Shown: piece after piece, positions 19,252 to 29,931 of the stretch
Layout: the number at the start of each line of letters is the position of its first letter
Position numbering within the stretch: the stretch's first letter is position 1
IMG/VR virus record: IMGVR_UViG_3300032319_000846
Coordinates: 64,001-128,000 of that record
Direction: 5' to 3' (one strand)
From: a virus
Taxonomy: Duplodnaviria; Caudoviricetes
Length of the DNA stretch: 64,000 nucleotides
Notes under the pieces: model-generated
What the model was told of the DNA's origin: nothing
The model's database searches: none
Seen by the model: the letters and a program-made list of their open reading frames with translations, nothing else
Translations under genes and position numbers: made by a program

Positions 19252-22200
19252 TTAAAAACAGCTTGCTAAAATATTATTTACTCTTTGTGTTATGTTATTA
19301 TCTTCAATTCTTGTTGTAGGTGTTCTTTGTGTAAAAGCATATTTTACATCCACGTTACCCGTGTCTATTAGTTTATTTAATGCTTTTTTACCTTTTGATG
19401 TATCTCCTAATAATAAATCATTAAGCTTTTTATCTAAAAGTTTATCGTTCATAAAAAACCCCTTTAAATTTGTAATTCCCCAATAAGGAAGAGAATTGAT
19501 ATAAATCACCCCTTGTTCATTTTTTAACAAATTAAATACTTTTTGTTCAATAGTTTCCTCTTTTGTTTTGTTAGAACTATTTCTTTTTATTCTCCACTTA
19601 CCCATAGTATTATCATCTTTAGATAAATTATCAAACAAAAGCTGTTCTTTTAAAGGTAATGTATCTGAAGGATTAGATAACTCAGCCATCTTATATTGAT
19701 TACCCTCTTTAGTAAGTATATATTCAGCTACAGGATTATCAGTATCCACAGAATATACTTGTAATATATCTCCACTTTTAATTTCTTTTGTTTCGGTAGA
19801 TTTATTTATTGTAGGAACAAAAGGAATTTCTTCTCCTGTATTTTCAGCATTAAATTCAATCTCTTCTACTACTTGAGCTACAGGAATAGTTTGAACAGTA
19901 GGTGTAGCTTTTACAATATTAGTTTTAGGAATTAATACCCATCTATCAACATTGTATTGAACAGGAAGAGTATTAGCAACTAAATAAGGTAGTGTAGCTA
20001 AGTCATCTCCTGCTGTATTTTTATCTTTTAAAGATTCTAATAATTCTACTTTTGTTTCTTTTGTAAAATACTTTAATCCTGAATTGTCTTTCTTATCTTT
20101 TTGTTTAATAGCTTGGTCTTTTAATTTTTTTAACAAATCTCCTTGAAAATCTTTTGTGTTTTTATCAATACTGATATAAATAGTTTTTTTAACATCATCT
20201 TGTTTATTAATAGGAACTAAAGAAATAGAAAATTCATATTGTGGTTTATTTAAACTTTTAGGAGCATTAAATCTTAACCCTCCATCTGCTTTGTAATCTT
20301 GAATAGAAATGTAAATTCCATCTACAGAAATCTCTTCTTTAGGATTTTTTTCATTAGCTTTTAAAAAATCAATAACAGCAGAGAGATTTGAAAAATCCTT
20401 TTGTTTTAATGGAACAGATGTAAACAGTTTTTTACCTCCATCCATTCTTGTACTAACTAATTGTCTTCCTTGATGGTTTATCACTTCATTTGTATTAGTT
20501 GATATTTCATTTATTATAGCATTTTCTGCTTCTACATCTGTTATAGGATTGTAGTTTTCATCCAACAAATATACAACACTTTGTTCTGAAAATCCATCTG
20601 TAGGATTAATTACATACACAATGTAATTCTTTCCATCTATCTCATAAGTATTATAAACATACTCTTTTCCTACATTTTGATAATCTGTTTTTCTAAACTC
20701 TGAATCTTTAGTTAAAAATCCATACACCTCATGTTCCAAGTCAAAAGCTTGAGAAAATGAAACACCTTTATTAAGTAAGTTTATTGTGGCTTTATATTTC
20801 TTTACAAAATCATCCCATTGTTTTTGTTCTGTAATTCTTCCGTTAATTCCTAAATCCTTAATCTTCTCAAAGGGTAAATCAATAATAGATTGTCCATTAT
20901 AAGTTACACCATTTTCTCCTTTAATAGAATGTAAAACAAAAGGAAAATCTGTTGGATATGTTCTACCAAGAGTATCCTGTACAAATTGCTTATTAATAAC
21001 AAATGTCCATCTTTGTACATTTCCATTTTGCTGTAATCCATTTCCTAAAGAAGCATTACTTCCTCCATCTTCTCTTATAATCTCTACATTTTCAGCTAAC
21101 ACTTGTTTCCAATTATTAGGAAATTTAAGTTTTAGTTTATTAATAAGAGAAATTTGATGTTGTTTAAATAATGTAGAAAACCATTCTCTTGCTGCTTTTC
21201 TATTCTCTCTGTTATCAAATCCAAATGTAGGAACTTCAGGAAGCTCCCAACTTTTTAAAGCCGAAATATAAGCTTCTACTAAAGCTACAGGGTCTTGTGT
21301 ACCAAATGCTTTAATAGGAGCTATTTCATATAAGAGATTTGTTACATTAGAAATTCCTTTTTCTTCTTCATTTGATTGTAATAAATTTTGAGTGTTTTCT
21401 AAAGGAGTTAAGTTTTTATTATATTTAGAATATATAAAATCAATATCTTTTTTTATAGATACAGCCATATTATACCCTATTAGAAATTGTCTTTGTAAAT
21501 CTCTTTCTGTAGTATTTTTATTTATAACATAATCTTTAATACGAGGTTTAATTGAATACTTATTTATTAAGTTATTTAATTCGTCTTGTATTGCTTTTTC
21601 AATATTAGTTTTTTCATCAATTATAGTAACAACTGCTTTTTTAATTATCTCCCACCCATCAGTTGTTTTTTGAACTATACCATCTTCCAACACAAACATC
21701 TTTGTTGGGGTATAACTTACCTTATCAAACACTACAGAAGCATCAAAAATATTTCTATTTTCTAACATTACTTTTGCAGTTTGTAAAGAAGTATTAGGAA
21801 TTAATTTAGCTGTTCCATCTGCATTTGGAACAATTTGAAAATAGAATTCTTCTCCAGCTTTTCTTTTATAGTCATCATAAAATTTTCCATTTTCATCAGT
21901 TCCTCCATAATAAAGAATACTTCCTTCATTTGATTGTGTAGGTGTTACATCTTTTTTAATTTTATTTAATAAAGGAGTGATTAACTTATCATACCTATCA
22001 TAAATTTCTTTTTTCTTTGCTTCATCATTTGGATTAGACATTGCAGCATATTCTGCTTGCTCTTCTTTTCTATATAGCTCTACTAATTCTACATTATATT
22101 TAGCAATTACTCCTTGTTGTGCTTTTATTACTCTTTCCTTAGATTCTTTTTCTCTATCAAATTTATCAGATTGATAAAATTCTAGCAATTCTTTTTCTAT

Positions 22201-25200
22201 AGGTATTCTTTCTTGTAACCATTCTTTTCTAAATAAATCCACATACTCTTTAATTTTACCTTGTTCAAATTTTTGTTGATTTTCAATCCCTTTAATAGAT
22301 TCAGCTTGTTCTATCAAATCAATAAGTTTTTTAGGTAAATATTTTTCTACTAATTTTCTACCTTGTTCTTTATTAATTATTAAAGCATTGCCTGTTTCAG
22401 GGTCAGTTGCTTGAAATTTTCCATTTTTTTGTTTAGGAAAAATATCCCATTTTTTACCTGTAAATTGAACAAGAACTTCATATTTATCTCCCTTTATTTT
22501 TATTCTATAACCACTAGATTGGTCAGGAGGATAAATATTTAATACCTTTTGTAATCCTAATTCTTCTCTTCTTCTTTCTATATCAGCTTTCTTAGCTTCT
22601 ATTCCAGATTGAGTAGTAGATGTAGATTGTTCTTTAAATAGTAGGGATTCTACTGCTTTTACTAATTCAGGATTTGAATTATTTATTTTCGCTTTTACAT
22701 ATTCTATCGCTATCTTATTTTTCTTAATGGCATTTGTTTTATCTCCTGTTAATTCTGCTAAAGCTAATTTATCTGCATTTGGCATATTCTCTAAAACAGG
22801 TTCTAAGACAGAAGAAATTACTTCTGCCCCTTTCATTAACTTCTGTTGGTCTGAAAGATTTTTATCATTAACAACTTCATCCAACGCTTTAGCCGTACTC
22901 TCTACACTTAATGCAGGGTTATCTACTACACCACTACCTACTTTGGGTGTTTCTTGTATTTTTTTATTTAATGAACCTTTTCCATAAAAAGATTTAGCGT
23001 TATAAATTACATAAAAAGGAGCTATTTTTTCATTATTTTCTCCTAAAACATGATTCAATATTTTAACACCATTAACTGTATTATTATTTTTTTGAAAGTC
23101 TGTAAATAAAACCATTGAATCTCCGGGATTTATATTTAAAGATTCATTAAAATCATCATAATTTTCAGACAATATAAATCCTTGCTTTTTAAGTAATATT
23201 GAAATTTCTTTCCCTGTTTTGTTTGAATCAATCTCAATAAAATCTTTTTCATCAATTTCCCCCTCTATAGGATTTCCATATCTGTTAATTAAAAAAGAGG
23301 TGGAATTAGAAGATACATTTAAGCCATCTCCAAATTGACTTATTTGTTTTTTTCCTCTTTGAAAATTATTAAAATCAAAATCTTTAATAGGTGTTTTGGT
23401 ATGATGATAAACAGTTACTATTTTAGATTGTGTAAAAGATTTAGCTTTATTAACAGTAATTCCATCTCTCAATAAATTTTCTACAAACCCTTCCTCTAAT
23501 TCATATACAGGAACATTTCCTAATGTAGCTTTATTCTTCTTGTTTACAATTAAATCTATTGTTGTAAATTTAGAAAGTACATTAAGATTTGAAAACAACA
23601 CTACACTGTTTTTATTTTCTTTAATTACATCTATAAGTAGATTCTTGACGTTTTCACTTTCTGCTTCTGAAAAATTAATTCCTGCATTTGTTAATACACC
23701 AATATAACCAGATGTTTCAAGTGTATTAATTTGTTTGTTATATTTTTCATTAATTTTATTTTCAACTTCTTCTTTAGAAACAACATTATCATAACTAAAA
23801 ACATTTGAACCATCAGAAGCTCTCCAAGCATAAGAGGTTTTACCTCCACTTATTCTTTTAATTCCACTTATAGATTCTAATTCTTTTTTTCTTCTCCTCT
23901 CTATTTCTTCAACAGTAAAAGATAATAAAGGATATTTCTCCTGTAAGTATTTTACAATTCTATCATCTGCTTCAATAACAGGAACATTTGGACTATACTT
24001 ACTGACAAAATCACTTTTACCACTACCTGCTTCTGCATATATAAGAATTCCTCTTTCACTACCTTCTTTTCTAAGATTTAAAATAGATGGATGTATTTGA
24101 AATTCGGGTTTTGTTTTATCTGCTTGTGGAAGCTCTACATCCCATTCATCCTGTGTACTGATTTCAACAGGTGAAACCCCTAATGCTTTATTTAATTCTG
24201 CAAGAGTTTGAAAGCTTTGTGTTGGAACAATATTTATAGGTGAAAAGAGTAATTTACTTAAATATCCTTTTCCATCAGGTTTTAATGGATAATAATTCTT
24301 ATCTGTAAACTCTCCATTTTCGTAAGAATTAGTATTTCTACCATATCCTTTTCCATCTGCAATAAAATAAACATTCACTCCTTTTATAGGCTCTACAATT
24401 TTTGTTGATGAAGGAAGAAGGGTTATTTTAGTTTTATCATAAAGGATTTTAGTAATTGGTCTTTTTACTTTTCCATCAGCTTGTAATTCCTGTATATATT
24501 CTTTTCCTTTTTCAGGAATAATTTTCCAGAACTTACCACTATACTCATAAAAATTTGCTTTTTCATTTACTTTAACAGCTTCTACTTGGTCTTTTTTTAC
24601 CTGCTTTATCTGCTCTTTAGCAATTGCTTCAGGAATATCTTTAGAATTATTTTCTGCAACAATTCCATTAAGAATATCATCATCTAAATTAGAGGATTTT
24701 ATAACATCTTTATTTTCTTCTATTTTCTTTTCAAGTTCCTTTTTATTTGTAACATCACTAAAGAATGCCTCTCTATCTTTAATAAAAGTTTCAAACCCTG
24801 ATTGTTTGTCAAGAGCTTTATAAATCAATTCTGTTTGTTTAATACTTCTATCTAACAATCCCAAATCAAATGCTCTTTGTAATTTATCAGGAATATCATC
24901 AACAGTTTCCTGTGTAAACGCTTCAAATGTAGCTCTCACAGCATCTACATATTCTTCCTCATTTTTTACATCTAAATTCTTTTTAGCATTTTCAAGAGCT
25001 TCTAATTGTGTAAGTTTCAAAGTTTCAAGATTTCTATTAAAAGCTCCAGCTTCTCCTGAAAGAGGAATAGCATTAATAGCAGCAATTTCTCCTTTTAGTG
25101 TTGTAATTTTACTATCAATAAGCGTTTTAAACTCAGAAAGAGATTCAGATGCAAGTTTAAAGAAATCTTTATATTGTCCTAATTCAGAAGCTATTTCATT

Positions 25201-27333
25201 TTTTCTTTCATTAAATCTTGAAAGATTCCATATTTTATGTCCTAATTCTTTTTTGAAATTCTCATAAAGAACATATTTAGTAGTTTCTTCCTCATTATTA
25301 GGAGATATTTTATAAGGATTAATATATCTAATTGCTATATTTTTTTGCACTTTATCTAATTCTTTTGCTTTTGAAATAGCACTATCAACAAAAGAATATA
25401 CGCTTGAAATTTCTGTGTTGTTCCCAAAAAATTCTCCTAAATCCTCTTCTTTGTATTTTTTTAAATCTTCTAAATAACTTGTTAAAACATCTATCTTTCC
25501 ATTTTCAACAAATGGAGAAATAAATTCAAATAGATTTTGTTGTTTAAGATTTTGATAATTAAATTGGTCATTTCCTTGTGCAGCAATGTTTTGAGCTTCG
25601 GATAGATTTTCTGTAGCTAATGTTGATTTTATTTTATTAACAGCACTTCCACCAATAGAATTTGCATTAACACTGTTTAAATATTCTTGAAAAGCTTTAG
25701 GGGCATCGTCCTTAATCAATGTATTAAGTTGTTCAGCTAACACTTGATTTTTAGCAAGTTCTTCCTTTGTATTACCTTTGAAATCATCTCTCAACATTTC
25801 AAAGATTTTTGTACCTCCTTGTTGAGCAACCCCTCCAATTATCCCCATTAAAAAAGATTCTGCTCCTTCTTTAGAAAACACTTTAGATAAAGCATTTTTA
25901 TTTGCTTCCCAATTAGTTAATGTAGGAGATTTATCCTTATTTAAAAAAGCTGTTTTATATGTACTATTAGTAAGTTCATCAATATAAAGCTGTCCTAATT
26001 CTTCAAATCCTTCAGAAATAGATAGAGTGGATTTAGGAAATCTTGCTAAAAATCCTACACTACCCTCTGTTGCTTTTTTGACTGCTTTACCTACTCCTTT
26101 TTCCCAGAATGGAGAAGATGTTTTAAATTCAAATCCTTTTGTATTAACACCGAATTTCCTTGTAGCTTCATCAAAAATTACAGAGTTAGGTCTTACATCA
26201 TCCCAGAAAGATTTAGCAGTTCTACCCAATGGAAATGTTTCCATTAGTTTACCCACTTGTAAATAATTAGGAACAGCAAGTACAGCAAGGTTTAATAAAT
26301 ATCTATCCTGCCCTGCTTTTTTAGAAATCTTCTCTATAAGTTTTAAATCATCACCTTCTGCTTTTCTACCATTCTTTTGTTCATACAATTTTCCCAACTC
26401 TTGTTTCATCCTCTGCTCTCCTTCAAGAGCTTCAAATGAAGCTTCTCCATGAGCACCTACATACAATCTAAAAGCATCAGGAACCTTTTCTGCAAATCTT
26501 AAAATGTTAGCTTCTGTAGATAAAGCTGGATTTATTCTGCTAAAAGTGGAAGCTGCATCTGCAATTCCTTTTACAGCATTTTCCATTTTATCAACGGCAT
26601 AAATAGAAGAAGCAATTTTTCCTCCTAATTTAGCTGTACCATTTGCTACTTTAGCAAACGCTGTACCAACTCCTAATATTTTACTAAGTCCTCCTGTTAA
26701 ATACATTTCAGCAGCTACACCCAATCCATACCCTGCTGATTTAACAGCTTCTTGAAATCCCCCATCTCCAATAAAAGGAAGAAGATTTTGTATCCAGTGA
26801 TTATTTGCCCAATCTGATTTATAATTTCTGTTTTGAGCTTCTATCTCATCTCTCCATTCAAATAGAGATTTGTTTACTCCACTATCATATCCCAAATTAA
26901 ACTCTTTACCAAACTCTGTTTCTCCTATAGTGTTGTTCATCACACTTCCTATAACATTAGGAATTGTAGCAAGTCCTGTAGTAAACATAGAAGCAGCATT
27001 TGCTCCAAACACCTTAGTGGTGTTCCAAGCTCTTTCTGTTTCTGATTGAGTGTTTCTCATCGCATCCTCATAAGAAGGATTGGTGTTTATACTCTCAAAT
27101 ACAGTTTCATTAGGATAACGAGCAAGGTCTTCCTTACTCACTTCTGAATAAGGTGTGTTAAACTCATTATTCTTTTTAAAAGGAGTATTAGCTAATTTTT
27201 GTGCGGATGTAAGTAGGTCTTCTTTTCCTCTCACTCCTCCTATTGAAGGAACAATAAGTTTTGTTTTATCTGCTTGTGGTGCAGGAAAACTAAGAGGTAT
27301 GTTAGGAAAATTTGGTATAATAGGTTCTGGCAT
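19252..27333 (-). CDS. Giant multidomain virion ejection protein (2693 aa) with P-loop and ART-like inserts
   Basis: N-terminal Gly/Ala-rich amphipathic region with an EG.EE..Q motif; Walker-A-like AEAGSGKS (~24013-24036); VYHHT...FDF...FGDGLNVS...YG (~23000-23420); IERRR...KY bracketing repeats. Confidence 0.75.
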   Translation of the reverse strand: MPEPIIPNFPNIPLSFPAPQADKTKLIVPSIGGVRGKEDLLTSAQKLANTPFKKNNEFNTPYSEVSKEDLARYPNETVFESINTNPSYEDAMRNTQSETERAWNTTKVFGANAASMFTTGLATIPNVIGSVMNNTIGETEFGKEFNLGYDSGVNKSLFEWRDEIEAQNRNYKSDWANNHWIQNLLPFIGDGGFQEAVKSAGYGLGVAAEMYLTGGLSKILGVGTAFAKVANGTAKLGGKIASSIYAVDKMENAVKGIADAASTFSRINPALSTEANILRFAEKVPDAFRLYVGAHGEASFEALEGEQRMKQELGKLYEQKNGRKAEGDDLKLIEKISKKAGQDRYLLNLAVLAVPNYLQVGKLMETFPLGRTAKSFWDDVRPNSVIFDEATRKFGVNTKGFEFKTSSPFWEKGVGKAVKKATEGSVGFLARFPKSTLSISEGFEELGQLYIDELTNSTYKTAFLNKDKSPTLTNWEANKNALSKVFSKEGAESFLMGIIGGVAQQGGTKIFEMLRDDFKGNTKEELAKNQVLAEQLNTLIKDDAPKAFQEYLNSVNANSIGGSAVNKIKSTLATENLSEAQNIAAQGNDQFNYQNLKQQNLFEFISPFVENGKIDVLTSYLEDLKKYKEEDLGEFFGNNTEISSVYSFVDSAISKAKELDKVQKNIAIRYINPYKISPNNEEETTKYVLYENFKKELGHKIWNLSRFNERKNEIASELGQYKDFFKLASESLSEFKTLIDSKITTLKGEIAAINAIPLSGEAGAFNRNLETLKLTQLEALENAKKNLDVKNEEEYVDAVRATFEAFTQETVDDIPDKLQRAFDLGLLDRSIKQTELIYKALDKQSGFETFIKDREAFFSDVTNKKELEKKIEENKDVIKSSNLDDDILNGIVAENNSKDIPEAIAKEQIKQVKKDQVEAVKVNEKANFYEYSGKFWKIIPEKGKEYIQELQADGKVKRPITKILYDKTKITLLPSSTKIVEPIKGVNVYFIADGKGYGRNTNSYENGEFTDKNYYPLKPDGKGYLSKLLFSPINIVPTQSFQTLAELNKALGVSPVEISTQDEWDVELPQADKTKPEFQIHPSILNLRKEGSERGILIYAEAGSGKSDFVSKYSPNVPVIEADDRIVKYLQEKYPLLSFTVEEIERRRKKELESISGIKRISGGKTSYAWRASDGSNVFSYDNVVSKEEVENKINEKYNKQINTLETSGYIGVLTNAGINFSEAESENVKNLLIDVIKENKNSVVLFSNLNVLSKFTTIDLIVNKKNKATLGNVPVYELEEGFVENLLRDGITVNKAKSFTQSKIVTVYHHTKTPIKDFDFNNFQRGKKQISQFGDGLNVSSNSTSFLINRYGNPIEGEIDEKDFIEIDSNKTGKEISILLKKQGFILSENYDDFNESLNINPGDSMVLFTDFQKNNNTVNGVKILNHVLGENNEKIAPFYVIYNAKSFYGKGSLNKKIQETPKVGSGVVDNPALSVESTAKALDEVVNDKNLSDQQKLMKGAEVISSVLEPVLENMPNADKLALAELTGDKTNAIKKNKIAIEYVKAKINNSNPELVKAVESLLFKEQSTSTTQSGIEAKKADIERRREELGLQKVLNIYPPDQSSGYRIKIKGDKYEVLVQFTGKKWDIFPKQKNGKFQATDPETGNALIINKEQGRKLVEKYLPKKLIDLIEQAESIKGIENQQKFEQGKIKEYVDLFRKEWLQERIPIEKELLEFYQSDKFDREKESKERVIKAQQGVIAKYNVELVELYRKEEQAEYAAMSNPNDEAKKKEIYDRYDKLITPLLNKIKKDVTPTQSNEGSILYYGGTDENGKFYDDYKRKAGEEFYFQIVPNADGTAKLIPNTSLQTAKVMLENRNIFDASVVFDKVSYTPTKMFVLEDGIVQKTTDGWEIIKKAVVTIIDEKTNIEKAIQDELNNLINKYSIKPRIKDYVINKNTTERDLQRQFLIGYNMAVSIKKDIDFIYSKYNKNLTPLENTQNLLQSNEEEKGISNVTNLLYEIAPIKAFGTQDPVALVEAYISALKSWELPEVPTFGFDNRENRKAAREWFSTLFKQHQISLINKLKLKFPNNWKQVLAENVEIIREDGGSNASLGNGLQQNGNVQRWTFVINKQFVQDTLGRTYPTDFPFVLHSIKGENGVTYNGQSIIDLPFEKIKDLGINGRITEQKQWDDFVKKYKATINLLNKGVSFSQAFDLEHEVYGFLTKDSEFRKTDYQNVGKEYVYNTYEIDGKNYIVYVINPTDGFSEQSVVYLLDENYNPITDVEAENAIINEISTNTNEVINHQGRQLVSTRMDGGKKLFTSVPLKQKDFSNLSAVIDFLKANEKNPKEEISVDGIYISIQDYKADGGLRFNAPKSLNKPQYEFSISLVPINKQDDVKKTIYISIDKNTKDFQGDLLKKLKDQAIKQKDKKDNSGLKYFTKETKVELLESLKDKNTAGDDLATLPYLVANTLPVQYNVDRWVLIPKTNIVKATPTVQTIPVAQVVEEIEFNAENTGEEIPFVPTINKSTETKEIKSGDILQVYSVDTDNPVAEYILTKEGNQYKMAELSNPSDTLPLKEQLLFDNLSKDDNTMGKWRIKRNSSNKTKEETIEQKVFNLLKNEQGVIYINSLPYWGITNLKGFFMNDKLLDKKLNDLLLGDTSKGKKALNKLIDTGNVDVKYAFTQRTPTTRIEDNNITQRVNNILASCF

Positions 27334-29873
27334 TATTTGTAAGCGTTAGAGTCAGAATTAATTGTATTTGTAAGAATATCAGCAGCCATATCCACCCATT
27401 TATCTTTAGGAATATTTTTAGCAATAAACATTTGATGAATTTCCTGCATTCGTTCTTCTATAGCTACTTCCAATTCTTCTGCTCTTTTAGATGTGTAAAT
27501 CTCTTGACCTTGTTTTAAGGGTCTTGGATTATTTCCTCTTCTAATTATTACTTGAAAACTATCTGAACTGGGATTATAACCAATTTCGTAAGGAACCACT
27601 ATCCCTTTGTATGTTGTATTTAAAGCTCCTGATGTTTTATTTCTTTTTATCATATCAGAAAATCTTGTATCAGTGTTTTTGTTTCCCATCCATAAAGCTG
27701 TTTGAGCAGGATTAAGCTGTACAACACCAACAATAGTTTCTGCATTATCTCCACTTCCTTTTTTAAATTTCACTGTAGCAAGTCCTTGAGAAGAAACAGA
27801 TAGTACATTATCTATTTCAACATCTTTTAAATCATCTGCATTTTTTTCTGCAAGTTTTCCTAATTGTTGTCCCCATAAAGGAAATGTTCCTTCTTTTCCT
27901 GTAAGTTTTACTCCTTCTTGCAAAGCTGTATCAAGAATACCATTAGTTAACGCTCCCCAAGAATAATCTCCTTTTTCAGTTTTCATTAAGTCTTTATTAG
28001 GAGTGATGTTATAAAATAACTTTTTAGAAGTTTCGTGTTTAGCAAGTCTTTTGTTTAGTTCAGCTAAAGGTGTTTTTTCATTAATTGCAACTTTTCTTTT
28101 ATTAGCTTTCCACACATCAAATTCTGCAAATCTTGGAGTACCTTTTCCTCCTGCTGAAGCTAGGTTTTTATCAAACTGCATTTTTTCTATTTCATATTGT
28201 TCTCTTGAAAAATCTTGCACTTTAGCTTTTTCTAATTCTGCTCTGCTTATTTTTCTTTCTTTTAATATAGCATCTTCTGTATCTTTATACAACTTTGATA
28301 AATCAGCAGCCATTACAAACTCCTTTTGAGCTTGATTCATTGCTTTTGCTACATCAGGATTAGCTATAAAATAAGCACCATCATCTTTTCCATCTCTTAT
28401 ATCTATCCACTTTTGTCTCACCTGATTATAGAGTCTTCTTATTTCTATTCCTTTTGCATCTTTTTTTGTATCTCTATTTATAACCCCTGTAACTTCTCCT
28501 ATTGAAGTAGAAGTTTTTACTTTAGCAGCAGCATTAAAGTACCCATTAGTCGTAAGAATATTTACTACAGTGTCTTTTATTAGTTCATCTCCTCTTTTTA
28601 AATTAGAAGCAATCTCATTATTATAGTTATCAATATAGTCTGCATCAGGGTCTGATAACACACCTGAAGAAGGTGCTGTGTAGGTTCCTCCATAAGCTTC
28701 TAACATTCCTACTCCGTTTTGAGGAAGCTTTCCTGTAGCTTTAAGTGCTTTAATATCTAATTCTCTTTGTTTAAGTTGAAAATTTAAAGTGTCTTTTTGA
28801 GCATTATAATCCATTGTAGCTTGAAATCTTGCATCAGTTCTTTCTTCTCTCTTTTTAAGAACACCATAAGGGTCAGCTGTAAGTTTTTGGTCACTCCAAG
28901 CTTGTCTTGCTGCAAAATCTAATAATCCATCTCTTTGGTTTTGTAAAGCTAATTGTTGTATATCAATTTTTCCAGTTAACAATGCTTCTTTTTCTTCTGT
29001 TAATTGTTTGAGGGCTTCTTCTCCTCTTTGTAAAAATATTTCAGATTCAGAAACATCTTTGTTCTCTGCTCTATCTAACAGCATTTTATTAACAGTGGAA
29101 GTCATTCTTTCACTGTAATTTTCAATAGCTGCGTTTTTTAAAGCTAAAGCTCTTTCTGTTATTTGTTGTGGAGTTTTAGATTTAACATCATACCAAGCAT
29201 TTACATCCATCTGCTTTTGAAATCTATTATCTGTTAAGATTTTATCATAAGCAATTTGTTGTAATTGTTCTGGTGTTACTCTTTTTCCATTTACAATATA
29301 TTTACCATCTGTTGTGGGAATACTACTTCCTTTGATTTCTTTAATGGTTTTAAGAAGTTCTGCATTCTGGTCAAAAAAATATGTAGGAGAACTATCAGTA
29401 AAATTCTTAGTTTGATTGTTTAACCAAGGCATCACTTTCTTCTCTAAATCATATTGATAATTAATAGGAGAATTGTATTGAGCAAACTTAGGGTTATTTT
29501 GAATATTGTCCCAAGACTTCATCCATTTTCTATATTGAACTGTAGAAGATACAGCATCCTTCACTTCTTTATCATTTGCTATAGAATTAACATCTGAAGC
29601 AAGAGAAGAAGCTAATTTCACATCACTTAAATCTGTATTTCCCAAAGAGTTCAAGCCTTCTACTTTAGCTTGCATTTTTCTACTAAACATTTCTACATCA
29701 TCTTTCTTTACCAAATCTGTTGTAGAAGCTAATTTATCAAGGTTGTTTTGTACAGTGAGAAATCCTCTATCATATTGTTCCTGTTTTTTAGAAACAGCAG
29801 AATATAAAGGAGAGGTGTCCATTGTAGAAATGGGTTGAAGAATAGGAATTCCTGCTGAATATTTACTTACCAT
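27333..29873 (-). CDS. Virion ejection/cargo protein (846 aa)
   Basis: First gene of the giant-protein operon; helical, Cys-free, N-terminal KKQEQYD.G block. Confidence 0.65.
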   Translation of the reverse strand: MVSKYSAGIPILQPISTMDTSPLYSAVSKKQEQYDRGFLTVQNNLDKLASTTDLVKKDDVEMFSRKMQAKVEGLNSLGNTDLSDVKLASSLASDVNSIANDKEVKDAVSSTVQYRKWMKSWDNIQNNPKFAQYNSPINYQYDLEKKVMPWLNNQTKNFTDSSPTYFFDQNAELLKTIKEIKGSSIPTTDGKYIVNGKRVTPEQLQQIAYDKILTDNRFQKQMDVNAWYDVKSKTPQQITERALALKNAAIENYSERMTSTVNKMLLDRAENKDVSESEIFLQRGEEALKQLTEEKEALLTGKIDIQQLALQNQRDGLLDFAARQAWSDQKLTADPYGVLKKREERTDARFQATMDYNAQKDTLNFQLKQRELDIKALKATGKLPQNGVGMLEAYGGTYTAPSSGVLSDPDADYIDNYNNEIASNLKRGDELIKDTVVNILTTNGYFNAAAKVKTSTSIGEVTGVINRDTKKDAKGIEIRRLYNQVRQKWIDIRDGKDDGAYFIANPDVAKAMNQAQKEFVMAADLSKLYKDTEDAILKERKISRAELEKAKVQDFSREQYEIEKMQFDKNLASAGGKGTPRFAEFDVWKANKRKVAINEKTPLAELNKRLAKHETSKKLFYNITPNKDLMKTEKGDYSWGALTNGILDTALQEGVKLTGKEGTFPLWGQQLGKLAEKNADDLKDVEIDNVLSVSSQGLATVKFKKGSGDNAETIVGVVQLNPAQTALWMGNKNTDTRFSDMIKRNKTSGALNTTYKGIVVPYEIGYNPSSDSFQVIIRRGNNPRPLKQGQEIYTSKRAEELEVAIEERMQEIHQMFIAKNIPKDKWVDMAADILTNTINSDSNAYK

Positions 29874-29931
29874 TTTATTTCTAATTATTTTTCATTAGAT
29901 GTTCTAACGTATAATTGTTAGAATTAAGAAA

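Noticed and set aside
9555-19260. Intein or split-intein explanation for the terminal cysteines
   Set aside because: No Hint-domain blocks or His-Asn termini seen near the junctions.
24110-27280. PQADKTK occurring twice in the 2693-aa protein (shared TTTTGTTTTATCTGCTTGTGG)
   Set aside because: A real short repeat, but only two copies and no interpretable context; noted, not interpreted.
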